Below the pieces are notes generated by a model. It was not told the origin of the DNA. It was given only the letters and a program-made list of their open reading frames with translations, and searched no databases. Positions 55,784 to 64,000 of a stretch of 64,000 nt of DNA are shown piece by piece. How positions within the stretch are numbered: position 1 is the stretch's first letter; each line of letters begins with the position of its first letter. The position numbers and the translations under genes were made by a program. The stretch covers positions 128,001 through 192,000 of the forward strand of contig LDXK01000001.1 of assembly GCA_001443395.1 (NCBI GenBank). Reading direction: 5' to 3'. This DNA is from a candidate division WWE3 bacterium CSP1-7. GTDB taxonomy: Bacteria; Patescibacteriota; WWE3; 9FT-COMBO-53-11.

Positions 55784-56797
55784 TTAGTACCTCCTAACTA
55801 ATCGACGAATCTTTTCAGCTCCAAAAACCGCCCAATACTTGGGGGTAAGCGGGTAATCCCAGACACCGGTGTAATCCACCTGATAGCCGCCGAATCCCTT
55901 CTTGAATAAGGAATAGTCGTACCAAGGGTGGCGGGGATCATCGTTCGGGGCAATTCCCCAAAAATCAAAGTAGCGGTAGCCATCCTTTTTCGCCTCCTTG
56001 ATAATCTCCCAGAGAAGGAAGTATGAGATTGGAACGTTCGATCGAACGGATGCGTCGTGAACATAAGTAACCGTGTCCCCGTACGAAAAAGTGATTGCGG
56101 CGGAAAGGACATCCCCCTGGTAATTCGCCCAAACCAGCTCGGCTATCCCGCGAGGAGCAAGAGTTTCGAATTGGGCTTGCAGGTACCGGCGGGCTTGTGG
56201 CACAAAATTTTGCCGGCGTTTTGCAACACCCATCAGCCGGTGGAATTCCTCCATCTTCCGCGGATCGGCGCTGCGGTGGATCTCCATCCCCAGGCCCTCG
56301 GCGCTTCTCACCAGATAGCGCGTGGTCTTGCGCATCTGCGCCAAAAGGTCTTCTTCCGAAAGGGAAAGGTCCAAAAGTAGCGATACGCCCCCGGCCTGGC
56401 TGGTCACCACCTGCGCCCGGCGGTAACCTTCTTCCCGAAAAAGTTCCTCAATATCCAGATTGGCTTCCCAGTGCGGCTCAACCCTCAGGTAATCCACCTT
56501 TTCTCCCGCGGCAAAATTCCGGAGATACTTCAGAGTCTCTTGGGCGCGCCCGCTCTCGAAAGATTTTAAGATCGGTCCCCGCGGCACGTAAACAAAACTC
56601 CCCAGCTTCCGCCGGCCAACCAGCGCCTGGCAAATCCCATCTAACGCCCCGCCCTGGTAAGTCCCAAAACGGTGGTGGGAAAGCCCCAGCTTGTCTTGGA
56701 ATTCTCCCCAGGCCCAAGATTGCAGAAAAGAGGTGTGTGGCTGACGGGTTAAAAATTCTTCCCAAGACCTCTCCTCGAGTATTTCTTTAATCTCCAT
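55784..56797 (-). CDS. FemAB/FemX family peptidoglycan bridge peptidyltransferase
   Basis: FLQSWAWG, YVPRGP, LLDL...E..L...RKTTRY, FDFWGI and FKKGFGG. Confidence 0.92.
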   Translation of the reverse strand: MEIKEILEERSWEEFLTRQPHTSFLQSWAWGEFQDKLGLSHHRFGTYQGGALDGICQALVGRRKLGSFVYVPRGPILKSFESGRAQETLKYLRNFAAGEKVDYLRVEPHWEANLDIEELFREEGYRRAQVVTSQAGGVSLLLDLSLSEEDLLAQMRKTTRYLVRSAEGLGMEIHRSADPRKMEEFHRLMGVAKRRQNFVPQARRYLQAQFETLAPRGIAELVWANYQGDVLSAAITFSYGDTVTYVHDASVRSNVPISYFLLWEIIKEAKKDGYRYFDFWGIAPNDDPRHPWYDYSLFKKGFGGYQVDYTGVWDYPLTPKYWAVFGAEKIRRLVRRY

Positions 56798-56805
56798 CAG
56801 CTACA

Positions 56806-57702
56806 ATGCTAACAGAGATGGAACAAGACCTTCGACAGAGCGACGGCTGGGCGGAATACTTGGAATCGCAGGGGTGGTTGGTGGAAAAACTTGGAGGCAC
56901 AAAGGTCTTTATCAGAAAAATCCCGCCCTTCGGCGCAGTCGCCAAGATCCAGCGGCCGGCCAAAATTCCGGTCGTCGCAGAAATCGATCGAATCGCTCGT
57001 GAGAATCACGCCCTGTTCGTAAAGATTGAACCTCTATCGACCGCTAGTAATTTTGAACTATTAACTAATCACGGTTTTGTCCGTGATTCTAGCCCCAATC
57101 TCGCGACCAAAACAGTTATTCTCGATCTCACTAAAAGCGAGGATGAACTCTGGAAAGATCTCTCCCAAGACGCCCGGCAGAGCGTACGCAAGGCACAGAA
57201 CAACCACTTACAGGCGGTGGGCTTCAAGCTGGGAGAACCGGGATTTGATAAAGCGCTGATCGAGTTTCACCAACTCTTGAAAGAAACCGGCCGGCGGGGA
57301 AAGTTTTGGACCCCCACTTTTGACCAACTCCGAAAAAAGGCCGAAATCTTCGGAACGGACGCCGCTCTCTTCCTGGCCTACTCTCAATCCCATACCCCCC
57401 TGGCGGGTACCTTCGTCCTGCTGGATGACGGAACCCACTCCGCCTCATCCCAGGAAGGCCAAGACCTCTACGCTTCCTATTTCCTGCTCTGGGAAACAAT
57501 CAAAGGACTAAAGGCCCGGAAAGTAACGCGCTTGGATCTCGCCGGCGTCTACGACCCGCGCTTCCACCGCGCCACCCAGAGTTGGCGGGGATTCACGGCG
57601 TTCAAGAAAAAGTTCGGGGGAAAAGAAGTAGAATACCCTCGACCGCTAATTAAGTACTATCATCCCTTCGTTAAATTTATTTTCAAAATCGCGGGAGCAT
57701 AG
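56806..57702 (+). CDS. FemAB/FemX family peptidyltransferase
   Basis: DLRQS..W, LDLTKSEDEL...R..VRKA, LDLAGV and GFTAFKKKFGG. Confidence 0.9.
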   Translation: MLTEMEQDLRQSDGWAEYLESQGWLVEKLGGTKVFIRKIPPFGAVAKIQRPAKIPVVAEIDRIARENHALFVKIEPLSTASNFELLTNHGFVRDSSPNLATKTVILDLTKSEDELWKDLSQDARQSVRKAQNNHLQAVGFKLGEPGFDKALIEFHQLLKETGRRGKFWTPTFDQLRKKAEIFGTDAALFLAYSQSHTPLAGTFVLLDDGTHSASSQEGQDLYASYFLLWETIKGLKARKVTRLDLAGVYDPRFHRATQSWRGFTAFKKKFGGKEVEYPRPLIKYYHPFVKFIFKIAGA

Positions 57703-57806
57703 TTGCACTATTGATTATTGGACGGCCGCCTTAGGAGGGCTAAGGATAATCATTGTTTAAAGCTTCGCTTTAACAAATAAGCTCCTCGCTACGCTGCGGG
57801 TGCTTA

Positions 57807-57836
57807 TTGACATATACCCCCCGGGGGTATTATATT
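57807..57836 (+). promoter_or_regulatory. Promoter with CsoR-type operator
   Basis: TTGACA at 57807, palindrome ATACCCCCCGGGGGTAT (57814-57830) and TATATT, upstream of csoR. Confidence 0.8.
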
Positions 57837-57890
57837 AATGAAGAAATGGACGGCTCGATCAAGCGAGCCTAGCATTTTGAAAGAACCAAA

Positions 57891-58154
57891 ATGAAAGCCT
57901 CCAAAGAAAGCGTTAAGCGCCGGCTCCAAATCCTCAAGGGACAGCTTGGGGGATTGGAAAAGATGGTCGATGAGGACCGGTATTGCATGGATGTTCTTAC
58001 CCTATCTCTGGCAATCCAGCGGGCGATGAAAGAGATGGACCACTTGATCATGGAAGAGCACATGAACAGCTGTGTCCAGGAGGGGGTTCGATCCGGCAAA
58101 TCTAAGGAAGTTACCAAGGAGTTGATGGATCTCTTTGAGGTAATCCGCAAATGA
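57891..58154 (+). CDS. csoR: CsoR family metal-sensing repressor
   Basis: RRL..LKGQL.G..KM, YC.DVL and HMNSC (C-H-C fingerprint). Confidence 0.9.
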   Translation: MKASKESVKRRLQILKGQLGGLEKMVDEDRYCMDVLTLSLAIQRAMKEMDHLIMEEHMNSCVQEGVRSGKSKEVTKELMDLFEVIRK

Positions 58155-58690
58155 AAAAAGACTGCTGCGAGGAACCAACAAAAGAAAAATCCCGCACCTT
58201 TAGGATCCCCCTCGCCGGATTGCTCATCGGCGCCTTTACCATTCTCACCCTGATAGGTGGATTCCTCCTGGCCACCGGTTCCGGACCGGCAAAGCTGGGA
58301 GGAGGAGACGGCCAGGTCTACACCGACCACACTTCTTTCGAGTGGGGCGAGATCAACATCAACGGCGGCAACGCCACTCACGAATTTGCGATTGAGAACC
58401 GCGGCACCGGCGAGCTGGAGTTGGCCAACATCCTCACCTCCTGCGCCTGCACCAGCGCTCAAATTACGATTGAGGGGGTCGTTAGTCCTTACTTCGGAAT
58501 GCATTCCACTTCTTCTTGGGTTGGAAAAGTGGCACCCGGAAAAACGGCGACCGTGTCGGTCATCTTTGACCCGCTCTTTCACGGGCCGACTGCCACCGGA
58601 CCGATCGAGAGGTTGATCTCGGTTAAAACCAACGATCCGAAAAATGAGAACATGGAGTTTAATCTCACCGGAAATGTCATTAAGAAATAG
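58151..58690 (+). CDS. DUF1573-like Ig-fold protein with Cys/His/Met motifs
   Basis: KDCC, TM, F.IEN.G...L.L..I.TSCACT, MH and FHG. Confidence 0.75.
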   Translation: MKKDCCEEPTKEKSRTFRIPLAGLLIGAFTILTLIGGFLLATGSGPAKLGGGDGQVYTDHTSFEWGEININGGNATHEFAIENRGTGELELANILTSCACTSAQITIEGVVSPYFGMHSTSSWVGKVAPGKTATVSVIFDPLFHGPTATGPIERLISVKTNDPKNENMEFNLTGNVIKK

Positions 58691-58718
58691 GCTTGGAAAA
58701 AAGCGCAAAATCCTCGCG

Positions 58719-59618
58719 GTGACACTCAAAAAATTCCTCCGCACCCCCTTACCGCTCTACCTGGCGCTCCTGCTGGCGATTAACGTGGGAATCCTTACTG
58801 CCGCCGGCGGTTATCTCCTCTTAACCCGCGGTTCTTCAACTCAAGATCCGGAAAATCTGGTTAAGGATCTCAAGGCGGAGGTCCTGCCGGCGGCAGGCTA
58901 CATCACTTCAATCACCTGGGGAGACACCGGTAAAAAACTAATTGAGGTTGGCGCCATCGACGAGAAACAATACCAACAGCTCTTCAACTCCCCCACCAAC
59001 GGCATGGATGAGTTAGACATTCTTAAGGGCGGGTCAACCAAACCGATCGGGATCAATGAAAATAATTCCCAATTCGTGGTTGATACCCTCTGGGCTTTCG
59101 GATTGACCCAAAAGAGCAAAGTGCTGGATGAGGGCCCGATGAAAAACAGCGGTACCGATCTGGGAAACTTCGCTTCCACCGGCGGGTGGACCTTGGGAAA
59201 AGAATCCGCCACCAAACTCTATAGCAGCCAAGAGCTGGTCCAGCTGAACGATTTCCAACAGGACCTGGTGAAGAAAATCGCCGAAAGCATCTACCGCCCT
59301 TGCTGCGACAACCCCACCTCTTTTCCCGACTGCAATCACGGAATGGCGGCGCTTGGTTTAATCGAATTGGAAGTCGCCGCGGGACTTTCGGAGGAACAGA
59401 TCTATCGCGACGTCCTGGCTTTTAACTCTTTCTGGTTCCCTCAAACCTACTTGGAGATTGCGGTCTACTTTAGCCAACAGGGCAAGGGATGGGGCGAGCT
59501 TGACCCCAAAACGATTCTCGGCTCCGAATACTCCTCTGCTTCCGGTTCGGCGGTGATCAGCAGCCAAGTTAAGGACGTCCCTGGCCTGGACTCCGGCGGT
59601 GGCAGCTGCGGCGTATGA
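58719..59618 (+). CDS. Membrane-anchored Cys-rich conserved hypothetical protein
   Basis: TM; YRPCCDNP...DCNHGMA; C-terminal GGGSCGV; start uncertain. Confidence 0.7.
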   Translation: MTLKKFLRTPLPLYLALLLAINVGILTAAGGYLLLTRGSSTQDPENLVKDLKAEVLPAAGYITSITWGDTGKKLIEVGAIDEKQYQQLFNSPTNGMDELDILKGGSTKPIGINENNSQFVVDTLWAFGLTQKSKVLDEGPMKNSGTDLGNFASTGGWTLGKESATKLYSSQELVQLNDFQQDLVKKIAESIYRPCCDNPTSFPDCNHGMAALGLIELEVAAGLSEEQIYRDVLAFNSFWFPQTYLEIAVYFSQQGKGWGELDPKTILGSEYSSASGSAVISSQVKDVPGLDSGGGSCGV

Positions 59619-60463
59619 ACGAAACCATCATCTACGCCTCGCTCATCAGCGCTTTTATCGCTGGGATGATCGCACTCTTTGCCCCCTGCTGTGTGACTTA
59701 TCTTTTACCGGCCTATCTGGGAAACATCTTCCGCGAACGAAAGAAGGTGCTCCTGATGACTTTTGTTTTTTCGCTCGGGATTTTCGTGGTGCTTCTCCCC
59801 GCAGTCTTGGGGGTTCAGGCGCTCTCCGTCTTTGTTTTTCGCTATCACGACCAGATCTATCTGACTGGGGGGTTGCTGATGATCCTATTCGGGGTGTTGG
59901 CGTTCCTAGGGATCAAGCTACCGATGCCGCGCTTGAGCCAACCCAACATTGAACAGCCGGATTTCGCTTCCATCTTCACTCTGGGAGTTGTCTCCGGAAT
60001 TACGAGCGCCTGCTGCGCCCCGGTTCTCGCCGGGGTTCTCACTCTCAGTTTCCTCGCTCCTTCATTCTGGTTGGCAATCTTAATCGGGGCTTTCTATGTC
60101 CTGGGGATGGTCTTCCCGCTCTATGTGATGTCCTATTTCATTGATAGCAAGAGGGTGCTCAACGGGAACTGGCTCAAGAAACCAATTATGCAGTTGGAAC
60201 TCGGCGGGAAAAATTTCCCGATCCTGCGAAGCAACTTGATCTCTTCATTAATTTTCCTGGTAATGGGTACTCTCGTCATTTACCTGACGCTCGCCACCGA
60301 TTTCTCAATGGCGGAGAGCGCTCAAAAGCTCACCGCGCTTGTCTCCCAGCTCCAGCAGACCATGGGACAAATTCCTTACATCAATGTGCTGTTCGGAGCC
60401 GCGGTGCTTGCCATTTTTGGGTTTCTCTGGTACCAAACCTTCCGCGGCAAGAACGATCGATAG
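59615..60463 (+). CDS. CcdA/DsbD-like transmembrane thiol-electron transporter
   Basis: AFIAG...FAPCC...LLPAY and SACCAPVLAGVL; multiple TMs. Confidence 0.85.
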   Translation: MNETIIYASLISAFIAGMIALFAPCCVTYLLPAYLGNIFRERKKVLLMTFVFSLGIFVVLLPAVLGVQALSVFVFRYHDQIYLTGGLLMILFGVLAFLGIKLPMPRLSQPNIEQPDFASIFTLGVVSGITSACCAPVLAGVLTLSFLAPSFWLAILIGAFYVLGMVFPLYVMSYFIDSKRVLNGNWLKKPIMQLELGGKNFPILRSNLISSLIFLVMGTLVIYLTLATDFSMAESAQKLTALVSQLQQTMGQIPYINVLFGAAVLAIFGFLWYQTFRGKNDR

Positions 60464-60506
60464 AGTTCTTGCTCCAAAGAACCCGATTGTGCTAGCCTGA
60501 CCTCTA

Positions 60507-61265
60507 ATGAAAAGATTGATCGGCGTCTCTGCCATCCTCACCGTCCTCCTGTTCTGGGGATCGGTGGTTCTCGCCCAGCCCGGAAAGGATTTCAGGCTCC
60601 CCTCTTCGGCCGTTAAAATCTCCGATGGCCTTTACTATCTCGGCCGCAGTGTTAGCGGCGCCCAGGGGTATGCGATTCTTCGCTACGCTACCGGATTTGC
60701 CAAGCCTGGAGGAAGCGGAGCCGCCCGCGCCCCCAAGTGCTACGGCTTCCTTTCCAAGGGGGCCCGCTGGAAAAACACCGAGCACTACGTCACCGACATC
60801 AACGATCCAGCCACGGAGAATTCGCTGGAAACCTGGGATTCTCGAGTCTCTTTTGACGTCTTTGGTTCACGGGATCCTTCCGGGTTAGTGGACGGGACCG
60901 ACACCGCCGCCCCCGACGACAAAAACGAGCTCTACTTCGGCCAGATTGAAGAATCGGGGGTTATCGGCGTCACCACCGTCTGGGGATACTTCTACGGTCC
61001 CACCTTCGCCCGCGAGTTGATCGAATGGGACATGGTCCTGGACAACACGGATTTCGACTGGAGCTTTACCGCAACACCCGACCCCACCAAGATGGACTAC
61101 CAGAACATCCTCACCCACGAGCTGGGGCACGCCGCCGGGTTGAACGACCAATACGACACGACCTGTTCCGAAGCAACCATGTACGGTTATGGAACCGAGG
61201 GTGAAACCAAGAAGCGCGACCTCGCCGCCCCCGATATCACCGGCATCCAAGAACTTTACCGGTAG
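60507..61265 (+). CDS. Secreted metzincin (matrixin-like) metalloprotease
   Basis: Signal peptide; HELGHAAGLND (Asp as third ligand) and Met-turn ATMY. Confidence 0.85.
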   Translation: MKRLIGVSAILTVLLFWGSVVLAQPGKDFRLPSSAVKISDGLYYLGRSVSGAQGYAILRYATGFAKPGGSGAARAPKCYGFLSKGARWKNTEHYVTDINDPATENSLETWDSRVSFDVFGSRDPSGLVDGTDTAAPDDKNELYFGQIEESGVIGVTTVWGYFYGPTFARELIEWDMVLDNTDFDWSFTATPDPTKMDYQNILTHELGHAAGLNDQYDTTCSEATMYGYGTEGETKKRDLAAPDITGIQELYR

Positions 61266-64000
61266 CGGTCCGCTTCCGAAAACTCGCAGATCTGGTTAAA
61301 AGGGCACCAGACGCATTGGGGCCCGGGAGTTGCTTCGAAATCACCGCGAGAGATCTTCCGGATCCGTTCCTCAATCTCGGCCGTTCTTTTCTCAATCTCC
61401 TTCTCGCTAAAATTGGCTTCTATCAATTTTCCACCGTCCAAATAAAACAGCGCCACCGACTTGGGAGTAATTCCGAGCGCCTCTTTCGCCGCCAGGGTGT
61501 AGAGGAAAAGCTGGTCATCCTTCTGCGCCTTTTTGAGAAGGTCCCCTTCTTCCTTCTGGGAGGTTTCTCCGCCCTTAAAGTCGATCAGTTCGAACTCGCC
61601 CTTGGCATTTTTGCCAATTCGGTCGATCCGCCCCGCCAGCGTTTTTCCTCCCAGCTTGATCTCAAATCCCTTCTCCACCATAAAGGGCGGAAACAGCTTT
61701 TGTTGATGTTTCTGGTAGAAATCAGTTAGTAGCTTCTGGCCTCGCTGGAAGTAAGCTTCTTTTTCCTTCCGTTCGCGGTAGCCTCCGCTGAGAAAATGCT
61801 CCCGGTACATTTTCAAGAATTGGCCCAAGGAAACTGCTTCTCCATTGATCCGCCGCATCTCGAACTCCCGCAGAGTCTCATGTAGGGAAATACCGAAACT
61901 CGTGGGAGGGGTGGGCGGAGCCGGCAGCCGCAACACGTATTTGTAGCGATATCGCCACGGACAGGTCTCGTAGTCGCTGAGTTGGGAGTAAGAAAGCTTT
62001 TCGGGAATCAGGAGCTTGAGATCCGGCTCCCTCTTGGCGGATTCCCTGACCGCGGGGATCTCTGCCTGAATTCCGGCCACCCGTTCGATTCCACTCAGGG
62101 CGGGGACTTCCACTCCCAATTCCAGGATAAAGGGTGAGGGCCGCTTCTCTTGGACGCCGCCGTAGCTCTTGGCGTAGGAAAGAAAAAGCCGCTCCGAAGC
62201 CCGGGTGGCACCCACGTAAAAGAGGCGCCGCTCCTCCTGCTGATGCCCCGCCTTCGCCAGGGCTTCGACGGGCAAGTCCTTTCGGCTCCGACTGAGATAT
62301 CTAAACTCTTTGACGAAGTGTTCGGGAAGTTCCAGGGCGACAGAGCGTTGGCGAGTCGGGAAACGGTCGGCCGTGAGCGAAACCATAAAAACCACCGAAA
62401 ACTCCAAACCCTTAGCGGCGTGGGTCGTCATCAAATTGATCGTGTCCACATCCTCGATCACCGCCTGTGCCGGCGATTCCCCCGCTTCGATCAAAAGATC
62501 CAGATAGTCCACCAGCTCAGGGACATTGGGCTCCTTAACCTCCGTCTCAAACTGCTGAATTTTTTGGAAGAATAGGGCAATGTTTTCAATCTTGAGCTGG
62601 TTTTCGAGGGTGGGCGGTTCTTCCAGGTTCTTGATGTAGCCGCTCTTTCGCACGAAATCAAAAAGGAGGTGCGAGGGGGAAACTTTAAACGCATCCTTCG
62701 CCAAATCGCGAATTACGTCCAGGGCTTTGATTTTCTCGCGCGTTAAGATCTCAACAAACGGGGTACTTTCTTTTTGAGAGGTTGCCAAAAGTTGGAGGGT
62801 TCGTTCGGGCGAGATTTTGAAGGCCGGAATGTTTAAAACCTTGTACCACGAGATGTTGTCGGCGGGATCTTTGATCACGCGCAGGACCGCCAAAAGAGCG
62901 GCCACCTCCTCTTGCTCAAAGAGCCCGCGATTACCGACGATTTGGAAAGGAAGTTCGTGCCTCTTGAGCGCCGCCACAAACGGGTCGAGATGGGCGTTGG
63001 CGCGCGCTAAAATCGCAAAATCGGAGAAGTTTTTTCCCTCGGTGTTCACCAACTCCACAATTTTTCTCAAAACTAACTCGGTTTCCTCTTCCGCCGATCT
63101 CGCGTATAGTAAAACGGGGTCGGGTCCGGTCTTGAGAGTTTTGAGATTTTTTGAGATATTTTTGAGACTTACTTCCAGACGATCGGGGTTGTTGTTCTTT
63201 ATCATCTGGTGCGATTTTTGCGCCAGTGTATCGGTAAGACGATAGGATGTGTTGAGAACCGATGTTCGGCAATCGGGGTAGGCTTTCTTGAACTCCAGGA
63301 TGTTGGAAACGCTCGCTCCGCGCCACTTGTAGATCGCCTGGTCATCGTCGCCCACGACGGTCAAGTTACTTAGGTTACTTGAGTTACTTTTGTTACGAGA
63401 TGGGACAAGAAGTTTGATGAGGGAGAACTGGGCGGAGTTGGTGTCTTGGAACTCATCCACGAAAATGTGAGTGAACTGATCTCGGTAGCGCTTGAGGATG
63501 CTCGGCCTATCATTGAATAATTTTATTGTCCATATAATGAGGTCGCCAAAATCCAAGTAAGAGTTCTTTAAAAGCAGTCTCTGGAACGCTTCATAGACTC
63601 GAGCAAGCTCAACCTGCTTTCGCATTTCTTCTTTTTCCTCTTTACTGCTCGCTGTGTGCCTTAAGCCGTTCACCCACTGCAAATAATTTTGCGGTGTCAC
63701 CTCTTCATCCTTGGCACGGGAGAAAAGATTGAGCAGAGCGCTCAAGAATTTGGTCGGATTTCCCAGCGGGCGGTAGTAATCAAGGGGAAGATCGTAGAGG
63801 TGTCGCCGCAGGAGCAACCAGGCTTCCGGTTCGGAAAGGATTTTGTAAGCCGGGTCCATTCCAATCTCCAAACCTTCCTGGCGGAGAACCCGATCGCAGA
63901 AAGAGTGGAAGGTGGAAACCCATGGCGGTTCATAACCAAGCGGCATCGCCTCATCCAATCGTCCCAGCATCTCTTGGGACGCTTTATCGGTAAAAGTTAA
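61256..64000 (-). CDS. UvrD-like helicase fused to PD-(D/E)XK nuclease with Fe-S cysteines (5' end outside the window)
   Basis: Frame stays open to the edge (LTFTDKASQEM); TFHSFC, VDEFQDTN, AKGLEF, EERRLFYV; CP...GRIDRI...IDFK...CVWCPFNQIC. Confidence 0.92.
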   Translation of the reverse strand, partial: LTFTDKASQEMLGRLDEAMPLGYEPPWVSTFHSFCDRVLRQEGLEIGMDPAYKILSEPEAWLLLRRHLYDLPLDYYRPLGNPTKFLSALLNLFSRAKDEEVTPQNYLQWVNGLRHTASSKEEKEEMRKQVELARVYEAFQRLLLKNSYLDFGDLIIWTIKLFNDRPSILKRYRDQFTHIFVDEFQDTNSAQFSLIKLLVPSRNKSNSSNLSNLTVVGDDDQAIYKWRGASVSNILEFKKAYPDCRTSVLNTSYRLTDTLAQKSHQMIKNNNPDRLEVSLKNISKNLKTLKTGPDPVLLYARSAEEETELVLRKIVELVNTEGKNFSDFAILARANAHLDPFVAALKRHELPFQIVGNRGLFEQEEVAALLAVLRVIKDPADNISWYKVLNIPAFKISPERTLQLLATSQKESTPFVEILTREKIKALDVIRDLAKDAFKVSPSHLLFDFVRKSGYIKNLEEPPTLENQLKIENIALFFQKIQQFETEVKEPNVPELVDYLDLLIEAGESPAQAVIEDVDTINLMTTHAAKGLEFSVVFMVSLTADRFPTRQRSVALELPEHFVKEFRYLSRSRKDLPVEALAKAGHQQEERRLFYVGATRASERLFLSYAKSYGGVQEKRPSPFILELGVEVPALSGIERVAGIQAEIPAVRESAKREPDLKLLIPEKLSYSQLSDYETCPWRYRYKYVLRLPAPPTPPTSFGISLHETLREFEMRRINGEAVSLGQFLKMYREHFLSGGYRERKEKEAYFQRGQKLLTDFYQKHQQKLFPPFMVEKGFEIKLGGKTLAGRIDRIGKNAKGEFELIDFKGGETSQKEEGDLLKKAQKDDQLFLYTLAAKEALGITPKSVALFYLDGGKLIEANFSEKEIEKRTAEIEERIRKISRGDFEATPGPQCVWCPFNQICEFSEADRYR

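Overview
Bacterial chromosomal window, most likely from a Patescibacteria/CPR genome (Microgenomates/WWE3-like). This placement is inferred from the streamlined nusA-infB-rpsO-pnp operon, short IF2 and PGK, FemAB/LCP/PilN-PilO genes and a RAYT; TGA is used as a stop codon. Left end: 5' part of a 23S rRNA and tRNA-Ala(TGC) behind their own promoter, with no adjacent 16S, followed by small orphan genes and rnj-udg-pnp-rpsO-infB-nusA. Centre (about 12.1-37.8 kb): an accessory region that is the best candidate for an undescribed system. It holds tatC and four tatA-family genes, a membrane protein with an internal twin-arginine signal, and three large signal-less beta-rich phage-tail-like proteins that share N- and C-terminal modules with each other and with two small stand-alone paralogs. 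It also holds a dockerin protein, two cohesin proteins, a RAYT and a signalling block (output-less Cache sensor, two receivers, 7TM-GAF histidine kinase, PaaK-like ligase). Right part: hrcA, lepA, murJ, rpsT, pilN/O-like, holA, LCP, an AOR-family oxidoreductase plus ferredoxin downstream of trxA-gap-pgk, pcrA, rsmA, two FemAB genes, a CsoR-controlled Cys-rich cluster, a metzincin and a UvrD-nuclease fusion that runs off the window. Intergenic DNA carries several dispersed hairpin families, including about 10 copies of a covarying hairpin with a conserved GAC/TAR internal loop. All calls come from reading motifs by eye; no searches were run.
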